Shown piece after piece: positions 12,746 to 26,341 of a stretch of DNA of 64,000 nt. The notes below the pieces were generated by a model. That model saw only the letters and a program-made list of their open reading frames with translations. It did not search any database and was not told the DNA's origin. How positions within the stretch are numbered: position 1 is the stretch's first letter; each line of letters starts with the position of its first letter. This DNA is from Felis catus (Eukaryota). The stretch lies in assembly GCF_018350175.1 (NCBI RefSeq), contig NC_058368.1, forward strand, positions 100,380,001 through 100,444,000, given 5' to 3'. The position numbers and the translations under genes are program-made.

Positions 12746-15700
12746 CAGCCACAAGCTTCAAACAATTGTAAGAATCATGAGATATAATTGGGGGGGGGGC
12801 AGGGGAAAGAGCTGCTGTAGTTAAAGCAGGGATAGTACTGGGGGCTCAAATGGGGGTCAGGTGAGGGTGAGCCAGTGTGAAAACCACGGGTGTAACCCAC
12901 CCCCACCCCATTTTAGAACTCAGGGAAGGAGAATTCCCCCAGAGACCCTGCGTTGACCAGATTACACAGCTACTTGCTGACAACATTTATAAACTCATTC
13001 TGTACAGATAGAGAACACGTACGTACCATGTCCCAGATGTGGGCCAGGACGCTCGGATATAGTTGAGAACCAGACCGACCCACCCGGACCCTGCCCTCGC
13101 AATAATTTAGAATTCCTGTTTTCCAGCTGACTCCATCGCTTGACTGGCCCCACCCAAGTAGACATTTGAGTTTGCGCTTCCTTAATTCACATTAATTTCC
13201 CCACGTCAGAAGACTGGGTATTTCATTTTCTTGAAGCTGAGCCTAGCGTTCATTTCCTTCCCACTTAGACTTGGTATGCGTTTCATGGTGCTCAAGGAAG
13301 CATGTTTTAAGAATCAAGGGTAGTTGACTCTTCCTTACAAGAAACCCTGGTCTTCCACAGAGGCTGTGAGGAGAGGAGAGAGAAAGCCCGCCCAGGCCTC
13401 AGGGCTTGCAGACTGAGCCCCCATCATTTCTGGGCGGGTAAATTCACTCACACCACTTGGCTCCCAGGCCTGTCATTTGATCAGGCTCTCATCTGCATGT
13501 CAATGAGGCTTAAAGCCCGTGGAAAGAATTAACTGGTCTGGGATGTTTATGCAACTTTTCAGCAAAGGCAATTGAAAGGAAAGTTGCCCTGACTGAGCTG
13601 ATTGTCTTGGAGCAGATATATAGTGAAGTAATCATGTTAATATTATGTGACTCAGGTTATACGATATTTTCAGTGATCAGCCTAGTAGGAGTTTAAACAT
13701 GAGCAAAAACACAAACTCATCAAAAACAGTAAATGAAACATCCCTTTTAAAGCATGTCAACTGGCCTTTTATTTATTTTTATACTTTTTATTCAGATTAA
13801 AGCCTAGAACAAATTCAGATTTCCTTCAGTTTATGAGCCGTGTTTTCTATTGCATTTTTAAACCAACAATATTAATTTCCAGTTGTATTTCTTTTCCTTT
13901 AGGACTAATTAAAGAAAACATGTTTGTTTTTCTGGGCATCACTCCCAAATCTTCAAGTGCCAGGATATAAATTCTGGTTTTATGTTCCAAAAGAATGTTT
14001 AGGTTTTGAGATCATATAATCTTTAGTAGAATAAAAAGTTCGTGTGTGAGGGGGTGCATATGTTCTTTGTTCACGAGTTTAGCTTCCTACCATAGACATT
14101 TCTAGAAAGGAAAGCAAATTCCATGCAACAACTTTCCTGTTAATTCTCCACAGGTTATTTAAATAAACACACAACAAATTCAATTTAGATTTAAAACTAT
14201 GTTTCAGAGGCTCCCAATTTAATAGGTAAGATGTCTATGTTCTGTTGTTTGTGTTAATGTCCTTTACATAGAGTCTTAAGTTCCTCCAAAAATTCTTGAG
14301 CGAGCTTCATTTTCAAGTTCTTTGAAACTGCAAGACAGTAATCTAAGATCCTTCATGATCCTCCCTTCTGAGTAGAATTGAGCCACCTCTGTGCCAATGA
14401 CGGTATACAGCAACCCCCCTTTCTGTAAAGTGATTAGGTTGTAAAACCAGTGCATGAGGCCACAATGATGTCTAATCAAAATGACCCTTGAATGCCTGTT
14501 AAATTGCCCATGAAATCCACCTTCCCATAAGCCCCACGCTTTGTTTGAGCATCAGCTGAGGTACAACCATGTGCTGGGAAAAAGGAACCCTAGAAGGGCA
14601 CCAGCCTGGTAAGATCCCCATACCATGAAATACATGGGAACCAAGCCAGTGGGTGGGACAGCTCATTTCCTGTCATGACTCTCATGTTCATGATCAGGCC
14701 TAGACTCAAGGAAAGGCACAGTGAGTGGAATTTCCTACCCTATGTCAATTGCTTTCCTTTCTCATCGCCCGCCCCCCCTCCCCCCCGCCTCTTCTCTGTA
14801 CAGTTAATCTCTGTAGAGTTAATTTACGTTAAATGTGTCTATGCGGTGACACCACCGTATGAAGCCCCAGGACTTTTCTGTGCGTAACCTACCAATGGCC
14901 GTATCCCTTGTAAACACTTGAAAAGAACATGCATAATGAGAAATTTCAGTGGTCTGTACCCCAGCTCTCCTACTAGACAGCATTTATTATGGTTTCGAAT
15001 AACTGGTTTTGAAGGTAGGTGGCATTTATGCATGTCGAAATATAGAGAGAGTGTATTTAATACTCTGCCAAGTGTATTTTGGCGACAGTAGAATCTTGCA
15101 CAAGTTGGCTTCCTTTTTAAAAGGTCATTACACAATTTATATGCCTGACATTAAAGAAGTTCTTTTTGATCAGACTGCAGTAATTGGGCATATTTTACTT
15201 AAAATGTTATGTACACATACACACTTCCTAACATTACCCATAAGGGCGTTTCTGGTTTGATTAGACCTGGGAATTTGAGCACCTTTTTCCTCCTGCTGCT
15301 AAGGGTTCAAAGGTCATTCCCCGCCTCAGAGTTTGGTGACCATGGGGATGAGCTGTACAGTTAACTGGGAATCATCTTCCTCCACCTCCCATTTCTTCCT
15401 CACATACACCGGTACTGTCACCACATACCTCCCTCACCAAGCCAGGGTCTGTTGGCTCACCTGACACTCTGAGTCTGGCCCTGAGATGGCGCTAGACAAG
15501 CCGTGGGGCATGGGGCCCCGCTACTTGGTGCCTGCTTAACCAACTCCTGTTTGCACCCTTCCCCTCTTGCAGTCTGGTCTTCTGCGAGCTGCTCGCTCGT
15601 GGTACTCTCCCGCCTCTGACTGCTCTCTGGCTCCCTTCCACATTGGAAGAAACTCCAGACCCCTTTACAGGGCGCTGTGGCCCTGCGTCCTCACGCCTCT

Positions 15701-15912
15701 GCCTGCCTCTCTGACTTGGCCCCCTCAGACCCACTGCCCACCACGCCCACCTTCATGCTGTGTCTTCTTGAGGGTCACTCTCCATCCAGACCCTTTGAAC
15801 TTCCATTTCTCTCTGCTGGTAATCTTTCCCCAGATTTTGCGTGGCCTGATGCCTTTTGTCATGCAGAAAGAAGCCCTTCTTGACTCCTCCATCGTTAAAA
15901 GAGCCCAGCCTT

Positions 15913-16116
15913 GGAGCGCCTGGGTGGCTCAGTCCATTAAGCATGTGACTTCGACTCGGGTCACGATCTCAGGGTTTGTGAGTTAGAGTCCCACATCGGG
16001 CTCTGGGCTGACAGCTCAGAGCCTGGAACATGTTTCAGATTCTGTGTCTCCCTCTATCTGCCCCTCCTCTGCTTATCCTCTCTCTCTCTCTCTGAAATAA
16101 TAAATGAATAACCTTT

Positions 16117-16153
<37 letters not shown>

Positions 16154-16565
16154 CAGTCTTGGGGCACCTGGGTGGCTCAGTCATTTAAATATCTGACTCT
16201 TGGGGCGCCTGGGTGGCGCAGTCGGTTAAGCGTCCGACTTCAGCCAGGTCACGATCTCGCGGTCCGTGAGTTCGAGCCCCGCGTCAGGCTCTGGGCTGAC
16301 GGCTCAGAGCCTGGAGCTTGTTTCCGATTCTGTGTCTCCCTCTCTCTCTGCCCCTCCCCTGTTCATGCTCTGTCTCTCTCTGTCCCAAAAATAAATAAAC
16401 GTTGAAAAAAAAATTTTTTTAAATATCTGACTCTTGATTTCAGCTCAGGTCATGATCTCATAGTTGGTGGGTTTGAGCCTCATGTCCAGCTCTGTGCTGA
16501 CAGTGTGGAGCCTCCTGGGAATTCTCTCTCTCTCTCTCTCTCTCAGCCCTGCCCCCCACTCACAT

Positions 16566-16599
<34 letters not shown>

Positions 16600-16620
16600 A
16601 AAATAAACTTAAAAAAAAAA
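15913..16620 (+). mobile_element. Cluster of three CanSINEs: 15913-16148, 16161-16620 and a young one (16202-16420) nested in the second
   Basis: TSD AAAAGAGCCCAG(C/T)CTT for the first; TTAAATATCTGACTCTT for the nested one. Confidence 0.93.
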
Positions 16621-16737
16621 GCCCAACTTTCCCACAGTCAGCTTTAGCCTTTTTTTTTTTTTATTGCATTCATCCAAACCTGAAAAGATTTCATGTCCAT
16701 TTATTTACTTGTTTATGGTCTGATCAATCCATCAGAA

Positions 16738-16952
16738 CAGTGCTGTCCCACATGGTAGCCACTGTCCACATGTGGCTATTTGAGTTTTAAATGTCACAAA
16801 TGGAAATGAAATAAAATTTGAAGTTGGGTCTCTCACTGACACCAGCCACCTTACAGGTGCTCAGTAGGCCCTTGTGGCTGGTGGCCACCATGTCAGAAAA
16901 TGCAGCTAAAGCACATTCCCATCATCACAGAAAGTTCTATTGGATGGCACTG
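16738..16952 (-). mobile_element. MER3-like hAT-Charlie MITE
   Basis: TGGTAGCCACT...CACATGTGGCTATTT and terminal CATCATCACAGAAAGTTCTATTGGA. Confidence 0.85.
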
Positions 16953-16972
16953 CACTAAAATAGGAGTTCCCT

Positions 16973-17200
16973 GGGATGCCTGGGTGGCTCAGTCGGTTAA
17001 GCGGCTGACTTCAGCTCAGGTCATGATCTCGCGGTCCGTGAGTTCGAGCCCCGCGTCGGGCTCTGTCTGATAGCCCAGAGCCCGGAGTCTGTTTCAGATT
17101 CTGTGTCTCCCTCTCTCTGACCCTCCCCCATTCATGCTCTGTCTCTCTCCGTCTCAAAAATAAATAAACGTTAAAAAATAAATAAATAAATAAAATAAAA
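16973..17200 (+). mobile_element. CanSINE
   Basis: TSD AAAATAGGAGTTCCCTG. Confidence 0.93.
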
Positions 17201-18567
17201 TAGGAGTTCCCTGAGGGCACCAGACCTGTCTCCTTGTTCACTGCTGAATGCCCAATGGCGGTGTCCCATATGTGGTGCTCAATGGATAAGAGTGGAAGGA
17301 AAGGAAGGCAGGGAGGAGAAGAGCCTTATATTTTTCAGGGAAAGAGATCTTCATGATTTTAATATTTGTCTCCAATCCTCCATACCTCTAAATAGGATTA
17401 AATATCAGGATTAAAAAAATTAAAATGTGGTTCTTAAGGGAGACTATTTAACCATCGCAATGGAATCCCTTTTAATATCCCTCTATTGCTTTTTCGCCTC
17501 ATCTCCTTGGAGCGTCACCTGGGGGCCTCCAGCCTACACATAAAGGCATATGTGACTTCCAGGAGCAGAGCACATTTTTCCTGGTCTGTGCTCAGCACAA
17601 TAAACCTTTTTCACTCCCTTTATCTCCCAAGATAGTTGCACAGGTTTTTTTTCTCTTTCCAGGGCTACAGTTCCCCAAAGTTAGAAATATGGAATGTGTG
17701 TGTACCTACAGGTTCTTTGTGTAACTTTTCTGAATTTGCCTTGTGGTAAATCATACTTTTTGAAAGTGTGACTACGTTTGCCACCTTCTGTATGGTGCCG
17801 GACTGGGGAGATCTGGCGAGGGTTGTAGCTGAGTGCTGATTAAAAGCAGCACCTTCTCTCTGGCTTGCTTGAGAGCTAAGACCCTTATAAATTGTTGCTG
17901 TGAACTTTTGAACTCAGAGAAACCTCTGAATATATGTAAGAAGTAAGATAATCCAAGGCTAAGGATTTGTGTCTTTCTCGTAACGAATCACGTCTATGAA
18001 GAAATAATCATGATTGTTGGCATTTTAAGATTTTCGTATAATTTAATTTTTTAAAACTTATCCACAACCTTTCAATATACTTCGTAGAAGGTTTTTTTAA
18101 CAATAACTTAATATATAATTGTCTGGATAGGAAATAATTCCATATAGTAGACATGAAAATGTTTTTTAAGTAAGGATGGTCTCAAAAACAATAATTTTTG
18201 TCATTTTTGCTGTAAGACAGAGACTCCATTTAAGCCCACCATAATTTACTAAACTATGCTCTGAAGCCTAGATAACCAAAAATTTATTAGATTTGAACTG
18301 TCACAGTGTCCAAACTTTTAAATTTTTAAGCAAGTTTCATGTCAAATGTTCTGTTGCCCTGAGTAACAAAATGAAATGTTGATATCTTGAATAAAACAAC
18401 AACCCTTTGCAGATCCACTGTGCCTTCCTCCAGAAAGCTTCATGAATTAGCGAATCCTTTTATTTAATAAGATCTTACAAGAGAAATATAATAGCTACTA
18501 GTGGAAAGTTGTATTCTATTTTTATTGGAAGAGGTAAAGCATAATATGTCTTTAAAAGCTGAGTGCT

Positions 18568-18790
18568 GGGGCGCCTGGGTGGCTCACTCAATTAAGTGTC
18601 CCACTTCGGCTCAGCTCATGATCTCGTGGTTCATGGGTTCAAGCCCCATATCGGGCTCTGTGCTGACAGCTCAGAGCCTTGAGCCTGCTTTGGATTCTGT
18701 GTCTCCCTCTCTCTCTGCCCCTCCCCGCCCCCCCATGCTCTGTCTCTCTCTGTCTCTCTCTCTCTCTCAGAAATAAATAAAAACCTTAAA
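18568..18790 (+). mobile_element. CanSINE
   Basis: TSD AAAAGC(T/A)GAGTGCT. Confidence 0.92.
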
Positions 18791-19439
18791 AGCAGAGTGC
18801 TAAGAAGTATCTGAGTCTGTAGGCCTAGAAATCAAGATTTGGTCTCTGACATGTGTTACGGGCCACAGGTAATATTCCCTTCAGGTTCTTAAGGGAAGGG
18901 AGATCTCACGCTGCAGGGATCCTGTGTGTGGAATATGCTATAGCTTGGAGAACCTACTGGATTCTAAGACCCTCTGTATGCAGACAGGGTTGATTATTTG
19001 AACTCATGGCAAAGAGCACCTGTAACCACTTTCTCAAATTTCTTTTCGGATTTTAACATTTTGATGTCAGCATTCATTGCTTTTAGCTTATTGAGACCAG
19101 AATATTTTGTAACACAGCCAGCCTCTCTCCTCAAAAGAATATCCCACAACAGGCAAATACATAAGAATGCTTGAAAGTGCCTTGGATGTCTCTAGCAGCA
19201 CGTGTTCAACAGAATACCTGGAACCACAGGGGAGCCATGCATCTTCTGTCTTCCTGACAGGCTGCCCCCAGCCAGCCCCAGAAACTATACTTCAGTTCAT
19301 TTCTTGCGGAGGCTGGTAATGAATAGGGTTATTAGCAACTGAACTGAAAACTCCTGGTTCCCACCAGCTCCAGACTCCTGCACCAGGTATACTCTCTGTT
19401 TAGCATCAAGTGGAATGATCTTAGGGTCTTGTTGGACAT

Positions 19440-19610
19440 AGGCCGCAATCCCTTCTCCACCCGTCACTTGTTCTGTGAACTGATGATTGTTCTCTAACCA
19501 ATATCTGCTTTCCTGCCTCTAAAATGGGGAGAATCATACCAGCTTTGCAGACTTGTTACAAGTTTTAGAAGTCAAGCGTGTAAAGTGCCTGGCAAGGGAT
19601 GAATTGCTCA
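19440..19610 (+). mobile_element. MIR fragment
   Basis: TTTCCTGCCTCTAAAATGGGGAGAAT...TGTAAAGTGCCTGGCA. Confidence 0.6.
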
Positions 19611-20424
19611 GGAGGTAGTAATGTCTCTTTAGCTTCATGAAATTGATTAGCTGGAACTCTTCCTGGAGAAGAGAAGTCTGTTTTTGGACTACGTTCACTT
19701 AGCACTTAAGTTTTATTTTGTTATGTCTCCAAGTATACTCCTTGAAAAAAAAAAAAAAAGTATGATTATTTGCACCAGAGGTCCTCATTATCTGAGAATA
19801 GTCCAGAGTGGAATAAAAGACCACTTAAAGTGAAGTCTCTAAACATGGGAACATGTCTTCGTGGTAAATAGTGAAACAAACAAACAAAATTAATGAGACT
19901 TAGGTTAGATCTTTGAATGAATTGGCAGTCAGTTCTTTCAACAATATTATGTATTCATATAACATGACATCCATCACTTTGTGTTTGGTTTTGCAGTATA
20001 TAACAGTGGTCATTTCTGTGTAAGTAAATTATCAGTCAGTCAGTCCTTGGGCTTCACCAATTTACTCAAAGCTTCTTAGCATTTGATAGCCCCTTCTCTT
20101 GTGAAACCTATTAAACCACCATCCTTGTTGATATGTTTCTGAAATTACTGCTTCAGCTTCTCTAATGTGGCCTGATGTATATTTCAAAGAGTTACTTAGC
20201 ATCATCATTTCTGATTTCATGAATGCTGCATGTTTTTGTAAGCTTTGCAATTTAACTTACAATCCACTTACATTGTATTTGTGTTGCGCTGAAGGAAGGT
20301 TTAAAAAAAGCCTCCCTTACTTAACCAGTGCAGGATCAATTTCCAAAAATGTTGATTTAGAGGATATAGAGCTTGCTCCTTCTAAGCAGGGAGAGACCCT
20401 TGAGCAGGGGGAGTTATTTTTTTA

Positions 20425-20610
20425 AGGATTTTTTTTAAAATGTTTATTTACTTGAGCGGGGAAAGGGGCAGAGAGAGGAGGACAGAGGATCTGAAGCAGA
20501 CTCCACGCTGACAACAGAGAGCTCAATGTGGTGCTCACACTCACAAACATGAGATCATGACCTGAGTTGAAGTCGGACGTTCAACCGACTGAGCCACCCA
20601 GTTGCCCCCC
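20425..20610 (-). mobile_element. CanSINE
   Basis: Reverse head CCGACTGAGCCACCCAGTTGCCCC and T-rich tail. Confidence 0.9.
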
Positions 20611-21189
20611 AGCGGGGAGAGTTTTTTAAAACAGTTAACGCATGAATATTTTCATGTTATGATGACTTTTATATCACTTGCAACCTTGAAACTGTGGGAA
20701 GTTGGATAACCAGGCCTCCCTGTGTAGAATGATTGTCCTCCTGTGATGAGGAAAGGCTGTATCACTGACCTAAAGGTCCCAGCATGATCTTCTTCAGCAT
20801 GTTTGCTGAAACATGTCCCCTGGGTTTTCCAGAACAGCTTTTCCATCAGTACCATTTGATCTGCTGCTTCCATGTAATCCATTCCTAATGATAGCTCAGA
20901 CATAGAAAGAGGAGGAAAGATGTGTCTTGCTTCCTTAGCCCTGTATCAGCACAGTCAACTTTTAACCATTTATAAAATGATTTTTAAAAAACTGGTCCTT
21001 GTAATCACCTACTGGAATATGGATACAGTTGGGGACAACTAAAGATAGAAAATAGTGGCAAACATTCTGAAATCCATCTGCAGGGTCATAATTTCTGAAT
21101 CATCACTGACCTGGAGGCACTGAGTAATTTTGCTTATTATTGAAGATATGTATGTAGTTGATCTATACTCAGAATAATAAAAACAGTTA

Positions 21190-21310
21190 CAACTGACACC
21201 TGTTGAGCACTCTTCTAAGGACTTTGCCTACGTGATTTCTGGTCATCTTCACAGTATCCCCAAAGGTCAAATGTGCCTGTTTTACAGATGAGGACACTGA
21301 GTCCCCATCA
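21190..21310 (-). mobile_element. MIR fragment
   Basis: TTTTACAGATGAGGACACTGAG core. Confidence 0.65.
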
Positions 21311-22896
21311 CTTAAAAGCTTGTGAACATTGATGAAGTAGAAATCTAGCATGAGTATGGGATGAATATGGATATTGTTGCCCACGGAGGTGTAAAGATTA
21401 CCAGTGTGAATCACCAGTCGGGGTGGGGGGGGGGATTGGAAATTAAGGAATCTAGTGTTTTCTGACCCCATAAATGGAGCAAACAGAACTCATAATGGTA
21501 GAGAGCCAGGTTCTTCCTATGTTAAGTTCAGCAACATGCAGAGGAACTATAGTATTTACTTGAAGAGAATTGTAATGGATCAGAACAGGGAAAATTTAAG
21601 ATTTGTCAGTAGAAATGGAATGTTTGAAGTCAGAGAACTCATAGTAATGTGTGCTGGTTACCACACATAGAATCAGATTAAATGGGAGAGGAAGAAACTG
21701 GAGAATGTCTACAGTTCACTAGATAACAAGAAAGGAGTGAGCCAGTAACTCAATTGGAGTTTGACAGGTGAAGCAGAGGTCCACCCGAGGCTGAACGGAG
21801 CATAAACCACACTCTGTGGCTTGGCAGTGCCTCCCTCCCTGGATAATGATGTAACAAACCCATGCAAATGAATTAGATTGTACAGCTGCATGTGTTCCAA
21901 CCAGCTTCACCTTGGGATACAGTTTGAAAAGTTCACCAAGGGTTTGAGTCCCAGACAAAAGATGTGTCCAAGAGGGAAGGAATATATGTTTAAAACATTG
22001 TGTTTCCATGGCTTCTGTTGTTAGTTGCACTCACTTGATTGCACATAGTTTCAGCAATTCCGTTAGTCCCCATGTCCACGTTGTCTTGCCTCTTCTACCA
22101 GTTGGCATTGCTTCCTGGAAGGGTCTTGGTCTGAAATTGACAGATCTCTTCCTGAGACCCTGTATAAGGTGGTTGAGATTCACTAGGGTCCTACCGGTTG
22201 AAATTAGCTTCCTTTGCCGTACTCCAGCTGGAAGAGTTAGGCCCACAAAAAGGGAAAATTGGTGTAGAAGTAGAAGTAAACATGAGCATTGAAATTGAGG
22301 ATTCTAACGTGACTTAGGTACAGAGGGAAAAGGAAGAAAGAAGACAAAATCCCAGGTTTTCATAGCACCTAGAACAGTGTTGGAAACTGATGAGACGCTT
22401 AAAACGTCACTTGATTAATTTAAAATGATTTGAAGCTGAAATTTTTCTTAAAGAAACAATACATAAAATGCATCTGAAAAAATAAGCATCTGTATTCAAC
22501 TTCTTACTCAGCTATTGATGTAGATGTGAGACTTTTGACACTTAGTCTAAAAAATTCTAGTCAAGACAGATTTGTACTTACATGTCCTCTGCCTGTTTGT
22601 AATGAGAATGGGACCCTCTGTATTGATGGATGTCTCGCTAATGAAGTCATTTGGACCAGGGACTTTGGTATGAATGTATGGGCAGCAGCCACCTTGAGGT
22701 GAGGTTGCCTTAATGTCAAAAAATAACTGTTTTCCCCACTCATTTTACTTCGTTTATTTGTATCCCTATTATTTATTTAATTTTTGATAAATTCAAAACA
22801 TGTAGTAGGCAGAACAACTCAGGAGACCTCTTTTCTCTTCCCCAGCACACCATGAGCAAGTTCTATGACCTTAATTAAGCAAATCACTGGTTCCTT

Positions 22897-23098
22897 GTAT
22901 TTATTTTTTTAATGTTTATTTATTTTGAGAGAGAGAGAGAGTGAACAAGCAAGTGGCAGTCAGAGAGAGAGAGAATCCCAAGCATGCTCTGTCACTGCAG
23001 AGCCTGACACAGGGCTTGAACTCAACAACTGTGAGATCATGACCTGAGCCGGAATCAAGAGTCAGACGCTTAACCTACTGAGCCACCCCGGCGCCCCT
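22897..23098 (-). mobile_element. CanSINE
   Basis: TSD TCA(C/T)TGGTTCCTT. Confidence 0.92.
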
Positions 23099-23179
23099 CA
23101 TTGGTTCCTTTTAGAAGTAATTTCCTTAACTTGTAAGCTGGTAATATTGTGCTAGATAATTTAGTATTTTCTAAAGGAC

Positions 23180-25525
23180 TTGGTTTTTGTTTTTTGGGAT
23201 TTTTTTAGGCAAGTTTTAGGTTCACAGCAAAATTGAGAGGAAAATCCAGAGATTTCCTGTGTACCTCCTGACCCCATGCATGCATAGCTTTCGCCGTTAT
23301 CAACATCCCCATCAGAATGGTACATTTGTGACAACTGATGAACCTGCACTGACGGATCTTAAGCATGCAAAGTCCACGGTTTACCTTACACTCTTGGTGT
23401 TGTATAGTTTATGGATTTAGCCAAATGTGTAATGATATGTATCCCCAATTGCAGAATCATCCAGATTGCTTTCAATGCTTTGTAAATCCTCTGTGCCCTG
23501 ACCATTCATCCCTGTCCCCGTACCTCCCATGCCTGGCAACGAATCAACTTTTTATAATTTTGCCTTTTTCAGAGTGTCCTATGGTTAGGATCATGCAGTG
23601 TGTAGCCTTTCTGTTTGGCTTCTTGCATTTAGTAATATGCATTTAAAATTCCTCCGTGTCCTTTGATGGCTTGAGAGCCCACTGGTGTTTAGTGCTGTAT
23701 TATTTTCCATTGTTTGAATATATGCCAGCTTATTTATCCATTCACCTGCTGAAGGCCATTCCAAGTTTTGGAATTGTGAACAAAGCTGCTGTAAACATCC
23801 CAGTGCAGATTTTTGTATGGACATTGTTTTCAACTCCTTTGGGTAAATATCAAGGAGCACTGTTGCTGGATCTCATGGTAAGAATATGTTTAGTTTTGTA
23901 ACTATGGCCAATCTGTCTTCCAATATGTTTAGTTTTGTAACTATGGCCAATCTGTCTTCCCTTTCGCATTCCCTCCAGCAGTGAATGAAAGTTCCTGTTG
24001 CTCCATATCCTTACCAGCATCTGGTGTCGTCAGTGTTATGGATTTTGACCATCCTAGTAAGTGTATAGTGGTATCTCATCATTGTTTTAATGTCATATTC
24101 CTGATACTATATGAAATGGAGCATCTTTTCATATGCTCACTTGCCATCTATAGATCTTCTTTGGTGAGGTGTCTTTTAAGATCTCTAGTCCTTTTTTTAA
24201 ATCAGTTGTTTACTTTCTTGTTGAGTTTCAAGAGTGCTTCAGCTATTTTGTCTTACAGTTCTTTATCAGATGTGTCTTTCATAAATATTTTCTCTCAGTC
24301 TGCAGCTTGTCTTACCATCCTCTTGAAACAGTCTTTTCACAGAGCGCAAGTTTTTAATTTTAATGAGGTCCAGTTTATCATTAATCTCTTTTATGGCTTG
24401 TGCCCTTGGTGTTTTAGGTAAAAAGTCATCACCATACCCAAGGTTATCTAGGTTTTCCCCTATGTTCTCTTCCAGGAGATTTATAGTTTTTGCCTTTTAC
24501 ATTTTAGGTCTGTGATCTACTTTGAGTTAATTTTTATGGAGGGTATAAAGTTTGATGTAGATTCATTTTTTTTTCCATGTGGATGTCCAGTTGTTCCATC
24601 ACCATTTGTTGAAAAGACTACCTTTGCTTCATTTTATTGCCTTTCTTCTTTGTCAAAGATTAATTGACTATGTGGATCCATTTCTGGGGCTCCCACTTCT
24701 GTTCTATTGATCTGTATAGTCTTTTTTGCCAATACCCCCCTGTCATGATTACAGTATCCTTAACAGTAGGTATTGAAATCAGGCAGTGTCAGTCTTCCAA
24801 CTTTATTCTTCTCCGTCTATATTGTGTTGGCTATTAAGGGTCTTTCGTCTATCTATATACATTTTAGAATTAGTTTGTCAGTATCCACAAAATAACTAGT
24901 TTGAATTTTGTTTGGGGTTGCAATGAATCTATAGATCAAGTTGGGAAGAACTGACTTCTTGACAATATTGAATCTTCCTATCCATGAATATGGAGTATCT
25001 CTCATTTGGCTCTTCTTTAATTTTGTTTGTTAGTATTTTGTAGTTTTCCTTATATACATATTGTACATGTTTTGTTAGATTTATACCTAAGTATTTCATT
25101 TTGGGGGTGTTAATGTGAGTGCTATTGTTTTTTCAATTTCAAATTCCACTTGGTTCTTTGTGGTATGTAGGAAAGCTATCGACTTTTGTATATTAACCTT
25201 ATATCCTGCAACTTTGCTGTAATTGCTTGTTAGTTCTAGGAGTTTTTCTGTCACTTCTTTCATATTTTCTAAGTAGACAATCATGTAATTTGCAAACAAA
25301 AACAGTTTTATGCCTTTCTTCCCAATCTTTATACCTTTTATTTCCTTTTGTCTAATTGCATCAGGTAGGACTTACTGTACAATGTTGAAAAGTAATGGTG
25401 AGAAGGAACCTCTTTGCCTATTTCTGATCTGAGTGGGAAAGCTTTAAGTCTCTCCATTTAAGTATAATGTTAACTGCAGAGTTCTGTAAACATTCTTTAA
25501 GTTGAGGAAGTTTTCTTCTATTAAT
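23180..25525 (-). mobile_element. 5'-truncated degenerate L1 (3' UTR and C-terminal part of ORF2)
   Basis: ORF2 remnants on the minus strand such as FANYMIVYLEN...LLELTSNYSKVAGYKVNIQKSIAFL and LLDIYPKELKT, with many stops and frameshifts. Confidence 0.93.
23883..23960. repeat. Perfect 39-bp tandem duplication inside the L1
   Basis: AATATGTTTAGTTTTGTAACTATGGCCAATCTGTCTTCC at 23883-23921 and 23922-23960. Confidence 0.95.
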
Positions 25526-26341
25526 TAATTTTTAAAATAATAGTTTTCATTGGTATTCTCTAATGAAAGGAAACACAGAAGAGTATAGTAGTAAAAAGAA
25601 GTAGATGTAAAACATTTGTATAAGGCTAGAGTTTGAACTTAAAGTGATTCTCAGAAGAACCTGTCATTCTCATTGGTGGTTTTGTCCCCCTTTGATTCCT
25701 GCCTGCTTTGTTGCCTTCCCCTAACCTTTGGTCAGCCTTGTTAGGTGTGTTCACTGTTGTCAAACACCCATCTTTTTCTGACTTTCTGAACTAATTTGAA
25801 CCATGAACCCGAAATTTTGAGGGATAAAGACTTTGATTTTTATGATACATGCTATTCCCCCAAATGTAGTTATGTCCTATATTTATTTTAACTATATTGA
25901 ACTATGATTTGTTTTGTGGTAAGACTTTGTACAGTCCTGGTACAGAAAATTTTGGATGCCTTGTGTGGCTAAACTAAAGTTAGCTTCTTATAAAAATATC
26001 TCTGTTTGGTTTCACTGCTTCATTCAGTGGACTTTTTTTATTCATTTGCTAAATTCTTGAGTGTTTTCCATATGCCACAGTATGTGCTGAGTCCTATGGC
26101 TTATGGTGGACAAGACAAAGGATCTCATCATGAAGTAGGCAGAAACATGAGCAGTTAATACTAAGTTCTTGTAAGTACACTGAATATAATTTTCTCAGGG
26201 ATTTCTCGCAGAGGAAGAGGCAGGCATGGACTCTAAACTTGAAGTCAGGTGTAGATTTGGACACTTCCTTATGTGTTACTTCCTGCATAACCCCCAAGGT
26301 AAGTGTATAAGAGTAGTTTAAAAGGGCAAACTAAGTGAATT

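Larger units (their letters stand above)
15560..17300 (+). mobile_element. Fragmented L2 relic hosting later insertions
   Basis: Pyrimidine-rich L2-like body at ~15560-15890 and an L2-like 3' end at 17213-17300 (TGTCTCCTTGTTCACTGCTG...GTGCTCAAT). Confidence 0.5.

Noticed and set aside
16202..16290. tRNA-like A and B boxes (GTGGCGCAGTCGG, GTTCGAGCC)
   Set aside because: These are the tRNA-derived heads of CanSINEs, not tRNA genes.
23981..24421. 146-aa hydrophobic ORF
   Set aside because: Antisense reading of the decayed L1 ORF2 region.
25096..25299. Reverse-transcriptase-like peptide on the minus strand
   Set aside because: A fragment of dead L1 ORF2, already covered by the L1 feature.
26199..26298. 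Possible 100-nt non-coding exon (TTTCTCAG acceptor, AAG|GTAAGT donor)
   Set aside because: Short pyrimidine tract, located among old repeat relics, and no independent support.
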